NCBI GenBank assembly: GCA_963514005.1
Contig: OY740796.1
Location: 15,438,001-15,502,000, forward strand
From: Raja brachyura
Lineage: Eukaryota
DNA length: 64,000 nt
Direction of reading: 5' to 3'
Shown: positions 38,086 through 50,888 of the stretch, piece after piece
Layout: every line of letters begins with the position of its first letter
Numbering within the stretch: the first letter of the stretch is position 1
The notes under the pieces: model-generated
The model's input: the letters and a program-made list of their open reading frames with translations, nothing else
Database searches by the model: none
Told to the model about the DNA's origin: nothing
Translations under genes and position numbers: made by a program

Positions 38086-38581
38086 AGGGGCGAGTTTAGA
38101 AGAGTTTGCCCACGACTCATACTCGCAGCATGAGGTCCAAGGAGGTATTTTTAACTCTCCTTCGTGCTCGAGAGTAGTCCCCGCATACTCGAGGCCTCAG
38201 CTAGATCGTGGCGTATTTTTCAACATGTTGAGAAATGCCCGCGAGTAAAAAAAATCGATATTTTACTCGTAGGTTTAGTCGAAGTATGTCATAGTAGATT
38301 GGCATGTTAGTCATAAGTAATCGAGGGTAGTCGAAGGTAATCAAAGGTAGTTGAAGGTAGTCGTAGATAGTCTTCAACATAGTCAAAGGAGATCGAAGGA
38401 GGTTGTCTTCGCTCTCCACTATTCGGTGTCCAATTTTCCCGAAGTTAGTCGTAGCTAGTCTTCAACATCGTCAAAGGAGGTCGAAGGAGGTCTTCGACAT
38501 AGTCGAAGGAGGTCTTCAACATGACACTTTTTCAAACTCTCCTAAACTCGCCAATTAAGTCGCCGCAGTGGGACAGCCCCT
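38086..38581. mobile_element. Harbinger-type MITE with a deletion in the left TIR
   Basis: TAA|AGGGGCGAGTTTAG... and ...CTAAACTCGCC...CAGTGGGACAGCCCCT|TAA; internal GTCGAAGG repeats. Confidence 0.82.
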
Positions 38582-39689
38582 TAAGAGTTGAGAAAAACGT
38601 TATATTGTTAATGACGTTACATTAATCATGTTGTCGGAAAGGTTAGTGCACGGCATGTTTCATTCCCAAACACAAAAGCACTGTTATGGAGATATTGCTC
38701 CATTTTATTCAGCAGTTTGTTTTACTGATGATGAGGAATATGCCATTTTATCAGCTTCGAGGTGTAGGGTCTGTTTAGATCAAAGCAGGTTTCTTCAATG
38801 CCGAAATAAACTAAATTTCAATGATGACCACTTGGTGCATGTGTAATTCTGTTCCACACCCTCCCCCCCGCCCCCCCATCATCAAACATGTAGCGTATAC
38901 AATTTACTCCCCCTCCCCCACAACCCCTCACAGCAAGTACTCTTTGAGAGCTATCAAATGAGACTGCCACTGAATGCACTATGCACTGGATTGAAGTCTA
39001 TACCCGAATTAAAATGGAAATAGCCAAATATTCTCTGCCCATAGTATTAGCTTTTCTGTAGCAGTCTCTGCAGCCTCTTGGTTTTTCAGTCAGTTTGCTT
39101 GCTTTCTCACTGTGAATTGGAATTGTATGAGTTATTGTTTACAGAGTAACTGTAATACATTGTATTTGTTAATGCATTGAACATGCATTTACAATGAACA
39201 CTAAAATCTGAGAAAAACATCCTGCTCTACGATGCTGATCACCAGCTGGAGCGATCGATATTGGTAAAGTGCCGTGAGCTTAATGCCATCTCAGTTGGTT
39301 GCTTGCTCTACAGCTGTGCCTCTTCTATTATTTAGACGCCAACTCCAGGACTTATATTGACAATTGCCTATTGCAGTTTATTAGAAAGGGGCATCTTTTG
39401 GGGAATCGCAGTGTGGTTTGATGCTCATTGTGTTTAGTGTTCAGGTTTGTACATTTAATAAGTTAGCTGAATAAAGGCTTGCCTCTGGTCTACATTTTAT
39501 TTTGTTTTTTTGCAATAATCCCGAGGTTGTAATCTGTCGTATTTATATTTTCAAGCCTGACTATCGGCATCCTATTTTTGTATAACATACTCTTTATCGC
39601 ATTTAGTCTGGGTAATTTTCCCTAGAGGGAATTATCTCCTTAATTATGCAACGCATGGATCTGAATTACTGGCACAAGATGCCACCCGG

Positions 39690-39990
39690 TCCCTTGTGCC
39701 CAATCTGCCATTTAATGAGAACATGGCTGATCTGATTGTAGACTCCACATTCCCACCTCCACCTCATAACCTGTCACCCCTTGCTTCTCAAGAATTTATC
39801 TCCCTCTGCCTTAAAAACATTCAAAGCCTCAGCTTTCTCCACCCTTTGAAGCTGAGAGTTCCAAAGACTCCCACCCCACTGGAATGTTATCTCGTTGCTG
39901 CCATAAATAGGGTGAACGCTTTTTAAAATACGGTGACTCTTTGTCTGGATTCTCCAACAAAGAGAAACCTTTTTGCATCCACCTTTTTGC
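39690..39990 (-). mobile_element. CR1 3' fragment
   Basis: LWNSQLQRVEKAEALNVFKAEGDKFLRSKG on the minus strand. Confidence 0.75.
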
Positions 39991-42929
39991 ATCTGCCTTG
40001 CTTCAACTTGTTAAATCCAAAGCATTGTGCTGGCTATTTCCTTCCAACACGCAGCACCGATTGAGCATTTTTGTTTAAATCTCCTCTAAAGGGCTAATCT
40101 TCCACTGAGATGTGCGTGGTCTGGCCAGCAGAGAAGCTCATGTTCCTGTCCAGGAACAACATCCTGTTGAAATGGCAAACTGCATGTTGGCCCTTTTTTT
40201 TTGAAACAAGAGAATTTTAAGGCAAAAGTAAGAATGGCTTACTCCAACTTTATAGGGCTGCGATGATCCAACAGTTTGTATATTACACATATTGAAATAC
40301 AGTGTTCCAAAAAAAAAGAAAAATCAGTTGTTGGTAAAGTGTAGGTAGAGCTTTTTTTATTGATCTGGTTGTCAGTTTAAATGTTTTTAAGTGCATCTGT
40401 TCTTGTAGTTTTTAAAATATAATCCAAGTGATTTTGTGTAATTATAAATGTCAAAAGATATTCACCAATGTTCCATACAAATGACAGCTTTGTCAGCTGG
40501 TAAGGCAAAGTGTTGGCCTCACTGGTTGTCAAAGCCATTCTGTGAGTGTGACCGACTGCGTGCTGGGAGCCAGCAGCAAAGCTTGGAGTGCACGTGTCGT
40601 GCTGGGAGCTGGGCTCCCAGTGGATCAGTGCTTTTGGGACTATGCTGGAAGAAACTATATATATTCAGTTTATGGGTTCCCAGCCTCCCTAGCTTGCCAC
40701 CCCTCATACCCTCTCAATCCCTTAACTCGTCCCCCTTTGCTCCAACTCTCTGACTGCTTCGTGCCCTATCTTCAGTCTTCACATCCTCTTTTTCTCTGGG
40801 CACACTTGCCCATGCTCCCATGGACACACTTGTTCCTGGCCACTCACTATTTGCACACCCGGCCAATTTTGCACAACTGTCCATCTGCACATACTCCAAC
40901 CCTCAATTTGCATTTGGGGTTGAAGGGAGCTCTGGGCTTGTGGCCTTTGCAATGAAGATTACTGGCATGGATCATACTTTAATGGAAAACATGATGACAT
41001 TCCATTCACTGATGAAGCATTAAATCAGTGGAACTTCTGTCTCTTGAATACATTTTTACGTCTAAATTCTGTGTTTGTGATCTGGAGAATATTAAAGGAC
41101 CTAAGTGAATTGTCTATAGACATGTTAAAGTTGCTTTTAACAAGGCAAATAGCAGAGATATCCTTTACTGAAGCATTCTTTAAGGCAGTCAATTTGAACA
41201 AACAAACAACAGCAATGCATCAAAGGTCATACCAGTTATTAAACTCTGATCTCATATCTGTATACATTACTTGTTTTTTTGCCGGGAGATCTGGAAGTCA
41301 AGATGGCTTTTTTTCCCTTAGAAACAGTGTGAAAAACAAATTAGTTTGTCATAGAAATAATTTGATGTTGTGGAAATTAGCTATCTACTAATTGATATGC
41401 CAGTGTTATACCAGTGGCTCGGCTTGGAAAAATAATTAATTAGCTATGAAGTGTTTTGAAATATTGGGAGGCTTTGATAATGCACTGTTAAAACAGGTTT
41501 GATTTTTCAATGTAATCCAATGATTTGGTAAAGATTTGCAATGTAACTGAATTGACAAATTTTAGTCAATTTTATTCTAGTGATAATTTTAGAAGTGAAA
41601 TTGAAATAAAGTTGAATGCTTATTCTTCCTCCCAACCCCCCCCAAAAAAAATAATTATCATTCACATAATGCTGCTGTGTTAAATCTCATTTATTAACTT
41701 TCAATAAAGATCCCTAACATTGACTGTATTTGCATTTGACAGTACCATTTCTGAGACAGCTGCAGCATACTGTCTATCACAATCTTATCAAATCCTCAAC
41801 AGACATGAATTAGCTCCAGTCGTTATTCACGAAGAAGTCCGTGGTTCTAGACAGTTGATGGGTTAACAGATGAAATGTGACTATTACAAAGATAGAGCTT
41901 TGTTTTGAAATATTAAAGATCTTTAAACTTTGTAATTGTACATTAGAGATGAGGCTGGCAGGCAGGCAGGAACCTGGAGCATTTGGAAAACAGTATCTTT
42001 GGTATTCAGTGGAAAGTGTGTGTACAACATTGTTTCCCTATGAATAATACATTCCTAGTTCATCCCCTGCAGTGATGACTCCAGAGAATAAATTAATATC
42101 TGTATCAAAGAGAAGCCAATTCAGATTTTAATGAAGAGGAAACCCCTAAATTCCTTTGGGAGGAAGAGCGGAAAAGGGAAAACTGAGCAAAGCATATTAG
42201 AAGCATATTAATCTCAGGTGGAGATAAAATATTGTTATGGGGTTGCGAGAGCCACCGGCATCGCCCTTGGTGGTATAAGATCCTGAATATATCTTTGTAA
42301 TAAAGTTTCGTGCTTGGAAAAACTTGAAAGCCAGATGGTATTTGGTTCTGTGTTTTGATCTTTATTAATGAACAGAAGAAAACTAGTCCAAGGAAATAAT
42401 CTGAGAGAATTTAAATTTTAACACAGCACAAATTTAAACTGCATTACCTTGTCTACTTTTACTGTTACCCCCACAAAAGATCCAATTGAATTTGCCAAGC
42501 AAAAATTTTCCTTTTGAAATCTATGCTATCTATTCATTATTTTTCTTTTTCATCTCTCAGTGCTTTTCCAGTCTCAATCTTACAATAGGATTCTACTTTT
42601 CCTGACACGGATTAGAAATTGACTGGTCTATAATTCCCAGGACAAATTTTACTTTCCCTTCTTTGACAGATGTATTATGTTAGCTATCCATCAGGTTTCC
42701 AGCACCACTGCCTTTTCTCATAATTTCTCAAATATGTGTCATAATATCTCTGCTTCTCTAGATGTTTCTCAAAAATGTCAATACCATCCATCTGAGCTGG
42801 CAATTGTGTTTGACATGGTTATGGCATGCATCTACTTTATATATTAAATGCACGCATTTCTTTATTCATTTTACTATTCAAAGGCACGTCCACCTGTTTT
42901 ACATCCCCATTAAATACTGAAGCAAAATA

Positions 42930-43235
42930 ATAAGAGTTGTACAGCATGGAAACAGGCTCACTGCATCTATGCCGACCTTTATGCCTATCCATATTAATCC
43001 ATCTTGCCTGCATTAATATCGCACACCACTGTGCCTTGCATTTTCAAGTACTAGATGCCTCTGAACTGTTGTTACTGTTTTTGCCTGCACTACCTCCTCT
43101 GGCAGCTCGTTCCAGATACCAACAGATTTCAATCTTTGTGTGAAAATTTTATCCCGCAGATCCTTTTTAAATCTCCTATCTCTCACTATAAACCTATGTC
43201 TTGTAGTTTTAAACAACCCTACCACAGGAAATGTA
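42930..43235 (-). mobile_element. CR1 3' fragment
   Basis: TTRHRFIVRDRRFKKDLRDKIFTQR..VGIWNELPEEVV on the minus strand. Confidence 0.8.
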
Positions 43236-43797
43236 ATATTTACATAATCTCCCTCGTCTTATGTTTAAAATATTAATTTAAAGTAAGTATTTTTTAGTTT
43301 TTAAAAATCTATTCCTTTTGCATGGATTGTGACACCTATGCTGTCATCAGACAACTCAGAGGATGATTATGGTCTTTGACATCATTGTCACTCCGAAACT
43401 CTAATAATGTCATATGTAATTTATGTTCTCCTTTGAGATTGACGTTTCAACTAATAATAGCATTGGGTTCTACTTCTAAAGCACCTCTGACATAAGAACG
43501 GGGTTCCAAAGTTCTGCAGATATGACTAAAACCTGGATCAAGGTGTTAGATTTTAAACTACTCTTGAAGGAAGCAGTTGTAGTGAACAACATAACAGGAA
43601 GGACATGACTGCAGAAGGAATTCAAAGCAAGTAAGAACATTTTAAAATGTCATCGTTGTTTAACTGGGCACCAGTGTAAAAGTGTACCTTGTTCCTTGAA
43701 ATGAATCGTTTCATTTAAAATTCAAACCCAACTATACTCTGGCCAGAAGTGGAAAAACAAAATAATAGCCTCATTCCTTACTCTGAACTATAATATA

Positions 43798-45409
43798 CAG
43801 TGGCTTGCAAAAGTTTTCATACCTCTTGAACTTTTCCACATTTTGTCACGTTACAACCACAAACGTAAATGCATTTTATTGGGATTTTATGTGATAGACC
43901 AACACAAAGTGGGGCATAATTGTGAAGTGGAAGGAAAATGATACAGGGTTTTCAAATGTTTTTACAAATAAAAAACTGAAATGTGTGGCGTGCAAAAGTA
44001 TTCAGCCCCCTTTACTCTGATACCCCTAAATAAAATCCAGTGCAACCAATTGCCTTCAGAAGTCACCTAATTAGTAAATAGAGTCCACTTGTGTGTAATC
44101 TAATTTCGGTATAAATACAGCTGTTCTGTGAAGGCCTCAGAGGTTTGTTAGAGAACATTAGTGAACAAACAGCATCATGAAGCCCAAGGAACACACCAGA
44201 CAGGTCAGGGATAAAGTTGTGGAGAAGTTTAAAGCAGGGTTAGGTTATAAAAAAATGTCCCAAGCTTTGAACATCTCACGAAGCACTGTTCAATCCATCA
44301 TCCGAAAATGGAAAGAGTATGGCACAACTGCAAACCTACCAAGACATGGCCGTCCACCTAAACTGACAGGCCGGACAAGGAAAGCATTGATCAGAGAAGC
44401 AGCCAAGGGGCCCATGGTAACTGGAGGAGCTGCAGAGATCCACAGCTCAGGTGGGAGAATCTGTCCACAGGACAATTATTAGTCGTGCACTCCACAAATC
44501 GGGCCTTTATGGAAGAGTGGCAAGAAGAAAGCCATTGTTGAAACAAAGCCATAAGAAGTCCCGTTTGCAGTTTGCCACAAGCCATGTGGGGGACAGCAAA
44601 CATGTGGAGGAAGGTGCTCTGGTCTGATGAGACCAAAATTGAAGTTTTTGGCCTAAATGCAAAACGCTATGTGTGACGGAAAACTAACACTGCACATCAC
44701 CCTGAACACACCATCCCCACTGTGAAACATGGTGGTGGCAGCATCATGCTGTGGGGATGCTTTTCTTCAGCAGGGACAGGGAAGTTGGTCAGAGTTGATG
44801 GGAAGATGGATGGAGCCAAATACAGGGCAATCTTGGAAGAAAACCTGTTAGAGTCTGCAAAGGACTTGAGACTGGGGCGGAAGTTCACCTTACAGCAGGA
44901 CAACGACCATAAACATACAGCCAGAGCTACAATGGAATGGTTTAGATCAAAGCATATTCATGTGTTAGAATGGCCCAGTCAAAGTCCAGACCTAAATCCA
45001 ATTGAGAATCTCTGGCAAGACTTGAAAATTGCTGTTCACAGACGCTCTTCATCAACCTCACTGAGCTTGAGCTATTTTGCAAAGAAGAATGGGCAAATTT
45101 TTCAGTCTCTAGATGTGCAAAGCTGGTAGAGACATACACCAAAAGACTTGCAGCTGTAATTGCAGCAAAAGGTGGTTCTACAAAGTATTGACTTAGGGGG
45201 GCTGAATACTTTGGCACGCCACACTTTTCAGTTTTATATTTGTAATAAAATTTGGAAACCATGTATCATTTTCCTTCCACTTCACAATTATGCACCACTT
45301 TGTGTTGGTCTATCACATAAAATCCCAATAAAATACATTTACGTTTGTGGTGGTAACGTGACAAAATGTGGAAAAGTTCAAGGAGTATGAAAACCTTTGC
45401 AAGCCACTG
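43798..45409 (+). mobile_element. Full-length Tc1-family (IR/DR type) DNA transposon, 1612 bp
   Basis: TA|CAGTGGCTTGCAAA...TTTGCAAGCCACTG|TA. TIRs of about 213 bp (13 mismatches counted by eye), with inner direct repeat TGCAAAAGTATTCAGCCCCC. Confidence 0.97.
44177..45191 (+). pseudogene. Disrupted Tc1 DD34E transposase
   Basis: Paired-like HTH and GRPPK, WSDETK, QQDND and [11 protein letters not shown] (D to E spacing 34). Frameshifts near 44420 and 45055, in-frame TGA at 44674-44676, natural stop at 45189-45191. Confidence 0.95.
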
Positions 45410-46210
45410 TATTTGTTGGATTCAGGCATGCACCCTTTATAAATCGCATTGAGATTTGACTATTGTGCCAAATACTTTGAAGCTTAATATTACACCAGAA
45501 CCTTTTACTTGCACTTCCAACTGACAATTATTTCAAAAATACACTCTAATATTAATAAAATGAAAATTGAGCTAACTGTAGTAGAAATAATCGCAGTGGA
45601 AATAATGGGTTGCAAGTAGTAGGTATGTTGTCATCTTAACAGAATAATAGCTACCTGAAACACGCAAGTGCGCAACATAGAGACAACATATTCAAAAACA
45701 AATAACAATGTTCAAATATATTTTATAAATCATTATAATGTTAAGGGTAACATCTCTCAACCTCAAATGTTTTCTCGCAGATTGTGCCTGTTCAATCAGA
45801 GCATGTCTGTTTCCATGCTTCCAGGTACTCATAAAATTCCAGAACTGAATTTTTTCAATTTTATTATATCATCTGAACTAATTAAACTATGTGAACCCCC
45901 AAATAAAGATTAATGGATACATGTTTGATTCCATATCTGTGTCAACTCGTGCATTAGGGCTATTCGAAAACTGCAGAAGAGGGCTGTGCACTCTGAGCTA
46001 AGCATCATAAAAGTAAGTCCAGTTTGGTATTTGTTGATTCTTGGGGGCAGGAATGGTGAACACAATTTCTGGTTTTGCTCTCCAAGGAATCCAAGGTGAG
46101 ATAGCCAATTGAATTCAAAATTAGCTTGGAGGAAGGAGTCATAGAGCAGTGGTGTAGGGTTGTCTTTCTGATTGGAGATCTTTGACCAGCAGAGTGCTGC
46201 TGGGTCCACT

Positions 46211-46573
46211 TTCGTTTAGGGATACAGTGTATAAACAGATGCCTTGGCCCACCGAGTGTACCGACCACCGACCACCGACCGCCCTGTGCACTAGCATTAT
46301 CCTACACACCAGGATCAATTTACAATTCTACTGAAGCAAGAATTTCATTGTCCTATCTAAACTCTCGTGACTTGAACTAACTTGAATTAACCTACACACC
46401 TGCACGTCTTTGGTGTGTGGGAAAAAATCGGAGCACCAAGAGAAAACCCACGTGGTCACAGGGAGAATGCACAAACTCTGTACAGACAACACCCGTAGTC
46501 AGTATCGTAGTCGTAATCCCGGGTTTCTGACGCTGTAAGGCAGCAACTCTACAGCTGCCCCATTGTGCTGCCC
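46211..46573 (-). mobile_element. V-SINE (HE1-like) with a short internal insert
   Basis: Reverse complement of the 33363 element (GGGCAGCACAATGG head, V-core). Confidence 0.82.
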
Positions 46574-46579
46574 TAACTT

Positions 46580-48340
46580 CTCTCTACATAAATTATTTGG
46601 ATGACACTGTAGTGAACGTTGCTAGTACATTTGCAGATTACATCAAAATTAATTGCAAAGTGGATAGTGACAGAGGTTATCTAAGGTTACAAAAGGGTCT
46701 AAATCAGTTGGGAAGATGGGCCAAGGAATAGCAAATGGAATTTAACTCGGACAAGTGTGAGCTGCTGCATTTTGGCATTGTTTATTATTATCACGTGAAA
46801 GATACAGTGAAAATCTTTGCATCAAGTCGTAGTATATATGAGTATAATCAAGACATTACACGAGTACAACAGATAATGCAAAGAAAAATACAAATGCAGA
46901 ATGTAGTGTTGCAGCATTATAAGCATTACAGGAAAAAGTTCAGTGCAATTATATATAGTTCAAGATCCGCAATGAGGTAGTTTGAGAAATTCGGACTACA
47001 GCTTTAGCTTATGAGAAGACCGTTCATTAGTCTGCTAACAGCAGGAAAGAAGCTGTTTCTGAATCTTATGTGCTATGTGCTTTTAAGCAATTGTATCTTC
47101 TGCCCAACGGGAATGGGGAAGTGTGGGAATGACCGGGATGAAATTGGTCCTTGATATGTTGGCTATATACTTGAGGCAGCGCGAAGGGTAGATGGGAGTG
47201 CTGCCTCCTAAATCCTGTAGTTTGGACATGAGTTTGGTTTAGATTATGGTTCAGACTCGTTTTTTTAGTTACAGCGTGGAAACAGGCCCCTTGGCGCTGT
47301 TTACTGCTGTGCTGCCCACGGTGTTGAAAGCAGAGCTATAAACTATAAAAATAGGTCTGACATTAGTAAACTTGTTATTCAGATGTTCCAGTGATGAGTG
47401 TAGGGCCAGGGATTTGGCATGTACTGTGGTCCAGCTGTGGTGATAGGCTAACTGCTGTGGACCAAAGCTGGATGGGAGTCTAGAATTAATGTGTGCCATG
47501 ACCAGTGTCTTGAAGCATGTCATGATAATGGATGTCAGAACCACTGGACAGTGGTCATTAAGGCATGCTACCTTGCTTTTCTCTGGCAGCAGGATGCTGG
47601 TGGTCTTCTTAAAGCAGATGGGAAACGTAAAATGGAGTAAGGAGTGGTTAAAGATGAGTAGTCCTGCCAGCTAGTCTGCGCAGGCCCTGAGTTTTCCCGT
47701 GGGTTCATTTTCTGGTTGGGCCGATCAGGGCAGGATTTGCACAGTAAATGATAGAGCCCTGGACGGTGTTGCAGATGTCTGGGAGTATGGTTCATTGAAA
47801 GTAGGCTTACCTTCATTGGGAAGAATATTGAGTGTAGAAGTCAGGATATCATGATGCAGCTGTACATTGGTGAGACAAGTGTGCAGTTGTACAGTGCACA
47901 GTTCTAGTCACCATTAAGTTGGAAAGGCTACAGAAAAGATATCCATGATGTTACCTGGACTTGCCGAACTTGAGTTATTGTGAGCGGTTGCATAGGCTGG
48001 ACATTTAGACAAGAAGTGAACATTTAGGCTTTATCCCAGAATAAAGGATTCTAAAACTAGAGGGCATGAGCTTCACGTAAGAGGGAAGATATTTAAGAGG
48101 GACTTTAGGCAACCTTTTCATTCAGAGTGTAGTCCATATCTGGAATGATCGGCCAAAGGAAGCTATTGGAAGCTGATACAATTGTGACTTTCAAACCACA
48201 TTTGGACAGATGACAGGATAGGAAGGGTTTAGTGGATACTGCCAAGATGCAGGTGAAGGGTACGGGCCCAGAATGCCAACTTGCTCGGCAAGGACACGGT
48301 GGGCCGAAATGACTGCTTTCTTGCTGAATAGTTCTGCGAT
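46580..48340 (+). mobile_element. CR1 RT/3' fragment split by a nested minus-strand Rex1 piece (about 46780-47815)
   Basis: CR1 MEFNSDKCELLHFG before the nest and CR1 3' sequence after it; the nested piece reads ALHSSLEHLNNKFTNVRPIFIVYSSAFNT. Confidence 0.78.
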
Positions 48341-49295
48341 TCTCCATAGCTGAACATTCTACACCAAGGGTTCTGGCATGATTTAGGATATAATCAACCA
48401 GGAGACAATAGACTGCAACCAATCAGGAATTGCTGTCACAAGGTTGAAATGGCGATTCGGTGGCTGCTCATTAAGAGTAAATGGAAATGAATAGATTTTT
48501 TTTGTTTTGGAATGAATTATGTGATATTACATTACAGAAAGAGTACATTGGGAAATTAGAACTTTACTAAACATTTTAAAACAAGTCGATACAGTAGAGA
48601 TAACTAAAGTATTGTGGAGGACTTCTGCAAATTAATTATGCCAAGGTTTAATTAATTTGTTCCAATGATAGATCGTGCTCTTATGTAAGGTCCAACTGCT
48701 GCATAATGAGTTCAGTAGCAACATCTATTTAAGGTGTGCAAATCATAAAATTGTAGCCTTGCATTTCATCTTAACCAGTTTTATTTAGGGTTTTTTTCTG
48801 ATAATCTATACCCTTCCCATTCTTTTCTAAATGTTTTGAAGTATAATGCATTTGAGGTTATGAAGTTAATTGAGCAGTGTGACAATTGTATAAGTGAAGT
48901 GGTAGTCAGGTGGCACTCAGGAGCTAATAGTTTTAAAATTCTCAGCAGGATATACAATGACAAGTGGCTTTGCTTTAAAGATTCAATTTACAATTCACTA
49001 CTTGGAGTGTAATTATGATTTTTTTTTAGAATATTGAAACTATACAGCATATTAATATTCTGAAGCAGAAAATTACATACATTTGGGGGAAATTAGCAAC
49101 TTTATGAGATACAAGGCTGTGGTTGAAATGGATTCTGAAGACTTAACCAACTGTGAAGCTGTGATATTTAATTTCATTTTTATTTTTCATATTTTCACAT
49201 GGCATTGAAGATTATATTTGACTCATCAAGCCGTTGCTGACTCCCAGAGCAACCCCATCAATCCCATTCATCATTTTTGTACCATCAAGATAGTT

Positions 49296-49731
49296 AGAAA
49301 CATAGAAAATAGGTGCAGGAGTAGGCCATTTGGCCCTTCGAGCCTGCACCGCCATTCAATATGATCATGGCTGATCATCCAACTCAGTATCCTGTACCTG
49401 CCTTCTCTCCATACCCCCTGATCCCTTTAGCCACAAGGGTCACACCTAACTCCCTCTTAAATATAACCAATGAACTGGCCTCAACTACCTTCTGTGGCAA
49501 AGAATTCCACAGAATCACCACTCTCTGTGTGAAAAATGTTTTTCTCATCTCGGTCCTAAAAGACTTCCCCCTTATCCTTAAACTGGACCCCATGTTCTGG
49601 ACTTCCCCAACATCGGGCACAATCTTCCTGCATCTAGCCTGTCCAACCCCTTAAGAATTTTGTACGTTTCTATAAGATCCCCCCTCAATCTTTTAAATTC
49701 TAGTGAGTACAAGCCGAGTCTATCAAGTCTT
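49296..49731 (-). mobile_element. Young CR1 3' end
   Basis: LRIRGKSFRTEMRKTFFTQRVVILWNSLPQKVVEA; (TTTCTATG)n tail. Confidence 0.92.
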
Positions 49732-49877
49732 AATTTAAGTTATAATTTAAATCAACCAACATTTCTGTTGTTAAAAAAATGTCTAGTTCAGCATTAACAT
49801 CTGTTTTGGGGGGGTTTGAATAACATAGCAAATGTTGGGAAGTTGAAAGTGTAACTTTTAAACAAAATGGGGGCAAT

Positions 49878-50384
49878 CAGACTGATTCCTGGGATGTACC
49901 AGACTGATTCCTGGGATGTCAGGACTGTCTTATGAACAAAGACTGCATAGACTCGGTTTATACTCTCTAGAATTTAGGAGATTGAGAGGGGATCTTATGG
50001 AAACTTACAAAATTCTTAAGGGGTTGGACAGGCTAGATGCAGGAAGATTGTTCCCGATGTTGGGGAGGTCCAGGACAAGGGGTCACACCTTAAGGATAAG
50101 GGGAAAATCCTTTAGGACCGAGATGAGAAGGACTTTTTTCACACAGAGAGTGGTGGGTCTCTGGAACTCTCTGCCACAGAGGGTAGTTGAGGCCAGTTCA
50201 TTGGCTATATTTAAGAGGGAGTTAGATGTGGCCCTTGTGGCTAAGGGGATCAGAGGGTATGGAGAGAGGGCAGGTACGGGATACTGAGTTGGATGATCAG
50301 CCATGATCATATTGAATGGCGGTGCAGGCTCGAAGGGCCGAATGGCCTACTCCTGCATCTAATTTCTATGTTTCTATGTTTCTA
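49878..50384 (+). mobile_element. Young CR1 3' end, inverted relative to the previous copy
   Basis: Open 123-aa ORF2 C-terminus MSGLSYEQRLHRLGLYSLEFRRLRGDL...; tail TTTCTATGTTTCTATGTTTCTA; 20-bp duplication at the 5' junction. Confidence 0.93.
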
Positions 50385-50659
50385 ATCATTTTGCTGAGAC
50401 TGTAATGCGTGTCTTTAATAGAGCAGTAATGTCAGGAATCATAGAGAACCATAAGCTAAATGGTGTTGTGATGGGGGGGGAGGGATATTTCAGTTTCCCC
50501 AATATTAACTGGGATTACTTTAGTATCAATGGTGTGGGACAGGGGGAATTGGGGAAAGGCTGATTTCAATATCACATGACAGGCTTTGCAGATGACATGA
50601 AAATGGCTGCAAAACATTGACGATTCGTCAGATAAGAATGGCAGTTTGATAATGTATTG

Positions 50660-50888
50660 GCAGAACTGCTGATACTGGTTTACACCAAAGATGGACACAA
50701 AATGCTGGAGCAATTCAACGGATCATGCAGCATCTCCGGAGAAAAAGAATAGGTGACATTTCAGGTTGAGACTCTTCTTCCGACTTCAGACTAGTCTGAA
50801 GAAGAGTCCTGACCGAAAACATCATCTATTCCTTTTCTCCAGTGATGCTGCTTGACCCACTGAGTACTCCAGCATTTTGTGTCTATCT
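50660..50888. mobile_element. Older Penelope-derived inverted pair (hammerhead family), followed by a CR1 tail to about 51075
   Basis: Arms meet at TTCAGACTAGTCTGAAGAAGAG; cores are mutated. Confidence 0.82.

Noticed and set aside
40448-41023. Overlapping 101-137 aa ORFs
   Set aside because: Low-complexity, C/T-rich sequence with no recognisable protein or exon boundaries.
44177-45191. Active transposase gene
   Set aside because: Frameshifts and an in-frame TGA at 44674.
49296-50384. Single DNA transposon with long TIRs, or a twin-priming product
   Set aside because: The arms are CR1 3' ends with their own tails, numerous differences and no shared TSD.
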